From NCBI GenBank assembly GCA_038064535.1, contig JBBTSX010000011.1, forward strand, positions 1-59,777: a stretch of 59,777 nucleotides of DNA, in the 5' to 3' direction. Shown piece after piece: positions 56,880 to 59,777 of this stretch (the stretch's first letter is position 1; each line of letters starts with the position of its first letter). This DNA comes from Patescibacteria group bacterium. GTDB taxonomy: Bacteria > Patescibacteriota > Minisyncoccia > Phycocordibacterales > UBA2100. The position numbers and the translations under genes were made by a program. The notes below the pieces were generated by a model. It saw nothing but the letters and a program-made list of their open reading frames with translations. It was not told the origin of the DNA and searched no databases.

Positions 56880-56970
56880 CGTTTGAAAGTTCCCGTTGTA
56901 ATTGTTCTAAGCGTTGTAAACGCGGAATCCCTCGACTAGAACGATTAAAACGTGTACAACGATTATAACT

Positions 56971-57762
56971 ATGTCTCAGTACTACAAACCCGACCGGAAG
57001 ACGGATTGGAATTACGGCGGCAATAAATGGCGGCTCTCGAGGTCAAAAATCGGCCTGTTTCAGGACTGCCCGCGCTGTTTCTATCTCGACAACAAGCTTG
57101 GCACCGCGCGGCCGCCGGGATTTCCGTTCAATCTCAACTCCGCCGTCGACGCGCTCCTCAAAAAAGAGTTTGATATTCACCGCGCGGGGAAGACGTCGCA
57201 TCCGCTGATGGAGCAGTACGGCGTGGACGCGGTGCCTTTTCAGCACGCCAAGATGGATATTTGGCGCGAGAATTTCAAGGGCATCGATTGCAAGCACGAG
57301 CCGACGGGCTTCACCGTCTCGGGCGCAATAGACGATGTGTGGGTGAATCCCAAGGGCGAGCTTATGATAGTGGACTACAAATCGACGAGCAAAGACGAGA
57401 AAATCGAAGCACTGGATCAGGAATGGCACGACGGTTATAAGCATCAGATGGAGGTGTATCAGTGGTTGTTCCGTCAGAACGGTTTCAAGGTCTCGGATAC
57501 GGGCTACTTCGTCTATGCCAACGCGAGCAAAGACAACAAATCATTCGATGGACGTCTCGAATTCGAAGTGACGCTGATTGCGCACAAGGGCGACGCTTCG
57601 TGGGTGGAGGGCACGCTGATGGATATCAAGAAATGTCTCGATAGTGAGGAGATACCCGCACCGTCCGAGGATTGCGATTACTGCCGGTACCGCGAGTTTG
57701 CGGGAAAAAAATTGCAGGCACTTGCAAAGAAAGGCAAAGAAACCAAATCTCTGGGTATATAG
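56971..57762 (+). CDS. PD-(D/E)XK nuclease family protein (AddB/Cas4-like)
   Basis: CPRCFY, GAIDD...VDYKST, QMEVY, CDYC. Confidence 0.88.
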   Translation: MSQYYKPDRKTDWNYGGNKWRLSRSKIGLFQDCPRCFYLDNKLGTARPPGFPFNLNSAVDALLKKEFDIHRAGKTSHPLMEQYGVDAVPFQHAKMDIWRENFKGIDCKHEPTGFTVSGAIDDVWVNPKGELMIVDYKSTSKDEKIEALDQEWHDGYKHQMEVYQWLFRQNGFKVSDTGYFVYANASKDNKSFDGRLEFEVTLIAHKGDASWVEGTLMDIKKCLDSEEIPAPSEDCDYCRYREFAGKKLQALAKKGKETKSLGI

Positions 57763-57765
57763 CGA

Positions 57766-57803
57766 GAACATTATAAGCGGCCGGTCGGCTTGCTATAATG
57801 TAC
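57766..57803. repeat. palindromic double -10 element, copy 2
   Basis: gaacattataagcggccggtcggcttgctataatgtac; about 33/38 identical to the reverse complement of copy 1. Confidence 0.75.
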
Positions 57804-57870
57804 TCGGCGAGTTCACCAATTCCATCCGGAAAACTATTATCCGCAAGGTGCTACGGGGTATAATGCACCA

Positions 57871-58128
57871 ATGAAATCGTTTGCCGACAAAGTGCGCGAC
57901 ATTGTCCGCAAGATTCCGCAGGGGAAGACGATGACGTACAAAGAGGTTGCGACGAAGGCGGGGAACCCGCACGCGGCGCGTGCGGTCGGCGCTATTATGC
58001 GCACGAATTACGACGACACTATCCCGTGCCACCGCGTGGTGCGCACTGATGGGGGATTCGGCGATTACAACCGCGGCGGCACATTGCGCAAGCAGGAAAT
58101 TTTGAAGCGCGAGGGCGCGCTTGCGTAG
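57871..58128 (+). CDS. O6-methylguanine-DNA methyltransferase (MGMT) family, short form
   Basis: IPQGKTMTY, ARAVG, PCHRVV. Confidence 0.92.
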   Translation: MKSFADKVRDIVRKIPQGKTMTYKEVATKAGNPHAARAVGAIMRTNYDDTIPCHRVVRTDGGFGDYNRGGTLRKQEILKREGALA

Positions 58129-58134
58129 TTACTC

Positions 58135-58989
58135 ATGGGCATTCTCTTCGTACTGATTGCGGTCGCGGCGTGGGGACTCGGTGACTTTCTCATACAAAAA
58201 AGTGCACGAAAGATAGGCGACTGGGAGGCGCTTTTTGTCATCACATTCTTCGGCACGGTCGTTCTGTTTCCGTTCGTGTACGACTCTCTGAGCACCCTCA
58301 GTACCTCCGATTTGTGGGTACTTGGCGGCACAAGCTTCGTCATATTCGTGGCGGCACTTCTGGACTTCGACGCGCTCCGAGTGGGGAAGATTGCCGTCAT
58401 CGAGCCGATACTCGCTCTGGAGGTGCCTGTGACCGTGGCGCTTGCCACATTTATCCTCGGAGAGAAAATATCACCGCTTCAGATTGGGCTGATTATATCT
58501 TTGCTCGTGGGTATCTATCTGGTTTCAAATAAACATTTGACGGGTATTCACGCGAGGACGCTGGAACGGGGCGTGCTTGTCGCCATCATAGCTACATTGG
58601 GAATGGGCCTTGCCAACTTCCTGTACGGTTTTGGCTCGCGCGAGACGACGCCTCTGATGATTAATTGGTTCACGAGTACGTTTATGGCGGTGGCGACGCT
58701 GGCTTTCCTCGTGTATACGCGACAGACGTGGAAACTTTGGCACAACTTCAAGAAGAACAAGGGATTGATACTTGCCGTGAGCGTGAGCGACAACATCGCG
58801 TGGGTGGCATACTCTGCAAGCGCGCTCTACCTCCCGATTGGAATTGCGACGGGCCTTACCGAGAGTTACATCGTCCTCGCAGCATTGCTCGGGCTCACGT
58901 TTGGCGGCGAAAGACTCATACGGCATCAAAAGTTCGGCCTCGTAGTCGCTGTCGTATCCGCCGTCACGCTCGCGTTCACGGTGGGTTGA
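58135..58989 (+). CDS. DMT/EamA family transporter
   Basis: two EamA-like repeats, 10 TM, LGEK. Confidence 0.88.
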   Translation: MGILFVLIAVAAWGLGDFLIQKSARKIGDWEALFVITFFGTVVLFPFVYDSLSTLSTSDLWVLGGTSFVIFVAALLDFDALRVGKIAVIEPILALEVPVTVALATFILGEKISPLQIGLIISLLVGIYLVSNKHLTGIHARTLERGVLVAIIATLGMGLANFLYGFGSRETTPLMINWFTSTFMAVATLAFLVYTRQTWKLWHNFKKNKGLILAVSVSDNIAWVAYSASALYLPIGIATGLTESYIVLAALLGLTFGGERLIRHQKFGLVVAVVSAVTLAFTVG

Positions 58990-59039
58990 CTCATACTAGG
59001 GAACGCGGCGCTGCTCGCACTTTTCTGTATACTGGCGGC

Positions 59040-59714
59040 ATGGAGAAAGAGGTAAATATTGAAGCGTCGTGGAAGTCGGTGCTGAAGGACGAATTCGGCA
59101 AAGGCTATTTCAAGACACTGCGCGAGTTCGTCAAAAGCGAATATCAGCACGGTATCGTGTATCCGCCGCCCAAGAATATTTTTCGAGCGTTCGAGCTGTG
59201 CCCTTTTGACAACGTCGAGGTCGTTATCCTCGGCCAAGACCCGTACCACGGACCCAATCAGGCCAACGGCCTGTGCTTCGCGGTCTCCGACGGGCAGCGC
59301 CTGCCGCCGTCTCTTCAAAATATTTTTAAAGAAATAGAAAGTGACCTTGGGAAATCTTTGATAAATAAAACAGGGGACTTGGAGCGCTGGGCCAAGCAGG
59401 GTGTTCTGCTACTCAATGCGACGCTCACGGTAAGTGCGCGCCAAGCCGGCTCGCATCAGGGGAAGGGATGGGAACAATTCACCGATGCGGTGATACGCAA
59501 GCTCTCGGAAGAGCGCGAGAATCTTGTTTTCATACTCTGGGGCAATTACGCCAAGCAGAAAGGCGCGCACATAGACCGTGCCAAGCACCTCGTCATCGAA
59601 TCGCCGCATCCATCACCATTTTCGGCATACAACGGCTTCTTCGGCTCCAAACCGTTCAGCAAAACGAACGAATATCTATCAGCTCACTCCAAAAAACCAA
59701 TTGATTGGGCGTAG
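59040..59714 (+). CDS. ung: uracil-DNA glycosylase (family 1)
   Basis: GQDPYH, PPSLQNI, LLLN, HPSP. Confidence 0.98.
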   Translation: MEKEVNIEASWKSVLKDEFGKGYFKTLREFVKSEYQHGIVYPPPKNIFRAFELCPFDNVEVVILGQDPYHGPNQANGLCFAVSDGQRLPPSLQNIFKEIESDLGKSLINKTGDLERWAKQGVLLLNATLTVSARQAGSHQGKGWEQFTDAVIRKLSEERENLVFILWGNYAKQKGAHIDRAKHLVIESPHPSPFSAYNGFFGSKPFSKTNEYLSAHSKKPIDWA

Positions 59715-59777
59715 GTCCTACCCCGAAGTAGCCAGTAATAAAAGGGCACCAAGAATTTCAGACAGTTTTTGATAATT

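Noticed and set aside
56971-57762. Cas4 / CRISPR-Cas locus
   Set aside because: Solo PD-(D/E)XK nuclease with no cas1, cas2 or array in the window.

Overview
A gene-dense bacterial chromosome segment. The reduced gene set, many leaderless-type starts and short orphan ORFs suggest Patescibacteria/CPR (Parcubacteria-like); this is inference. Recognisable genes include obgE, an RsuA-family pseudouridine synthase, a DEAD-box helicase, yjjX, gdhA, purF, folB, tyrS, uvrB, uvrA, uvrC, murB, ddl, rmuC, rplU, recR, dnaB, mltG, mnmA and ung, plus a two-component pair. A tRNA-Ala(TGC) adjoins a small island carrying a large serine recombinase whose ORF runs antisense through the tRNA. Two REP-associated (RAYT-type, HUH/Y1) transposases are each flanked by their own palindromes. 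The main unexplained signal is a set of short palindromic elements that have colonised genes. (1) A CCCGT(T/G)AG...CT(A/C)ACGGG MITE-like family with 4-bp target duplications, which in 3 of 4 cases inserts into an ATG and rebuilds a start codon. (2) A CCTGCCTG...CAGGCAGG family found only as 3n-length in-frame inserts (LP...G peptides) in four conserved proteins. (3) A TTCGA...CTCA family that nests inside itself. (4) A GCTCG-GAA[variable stem]TTC-NCTCG covarying motif. (5) A palindromic double -10 element. Also present are msrA and tgt gene remnants, several unannotated small basic proteins and several candidate structured RNAs. All calls were made by eye, without database searches.
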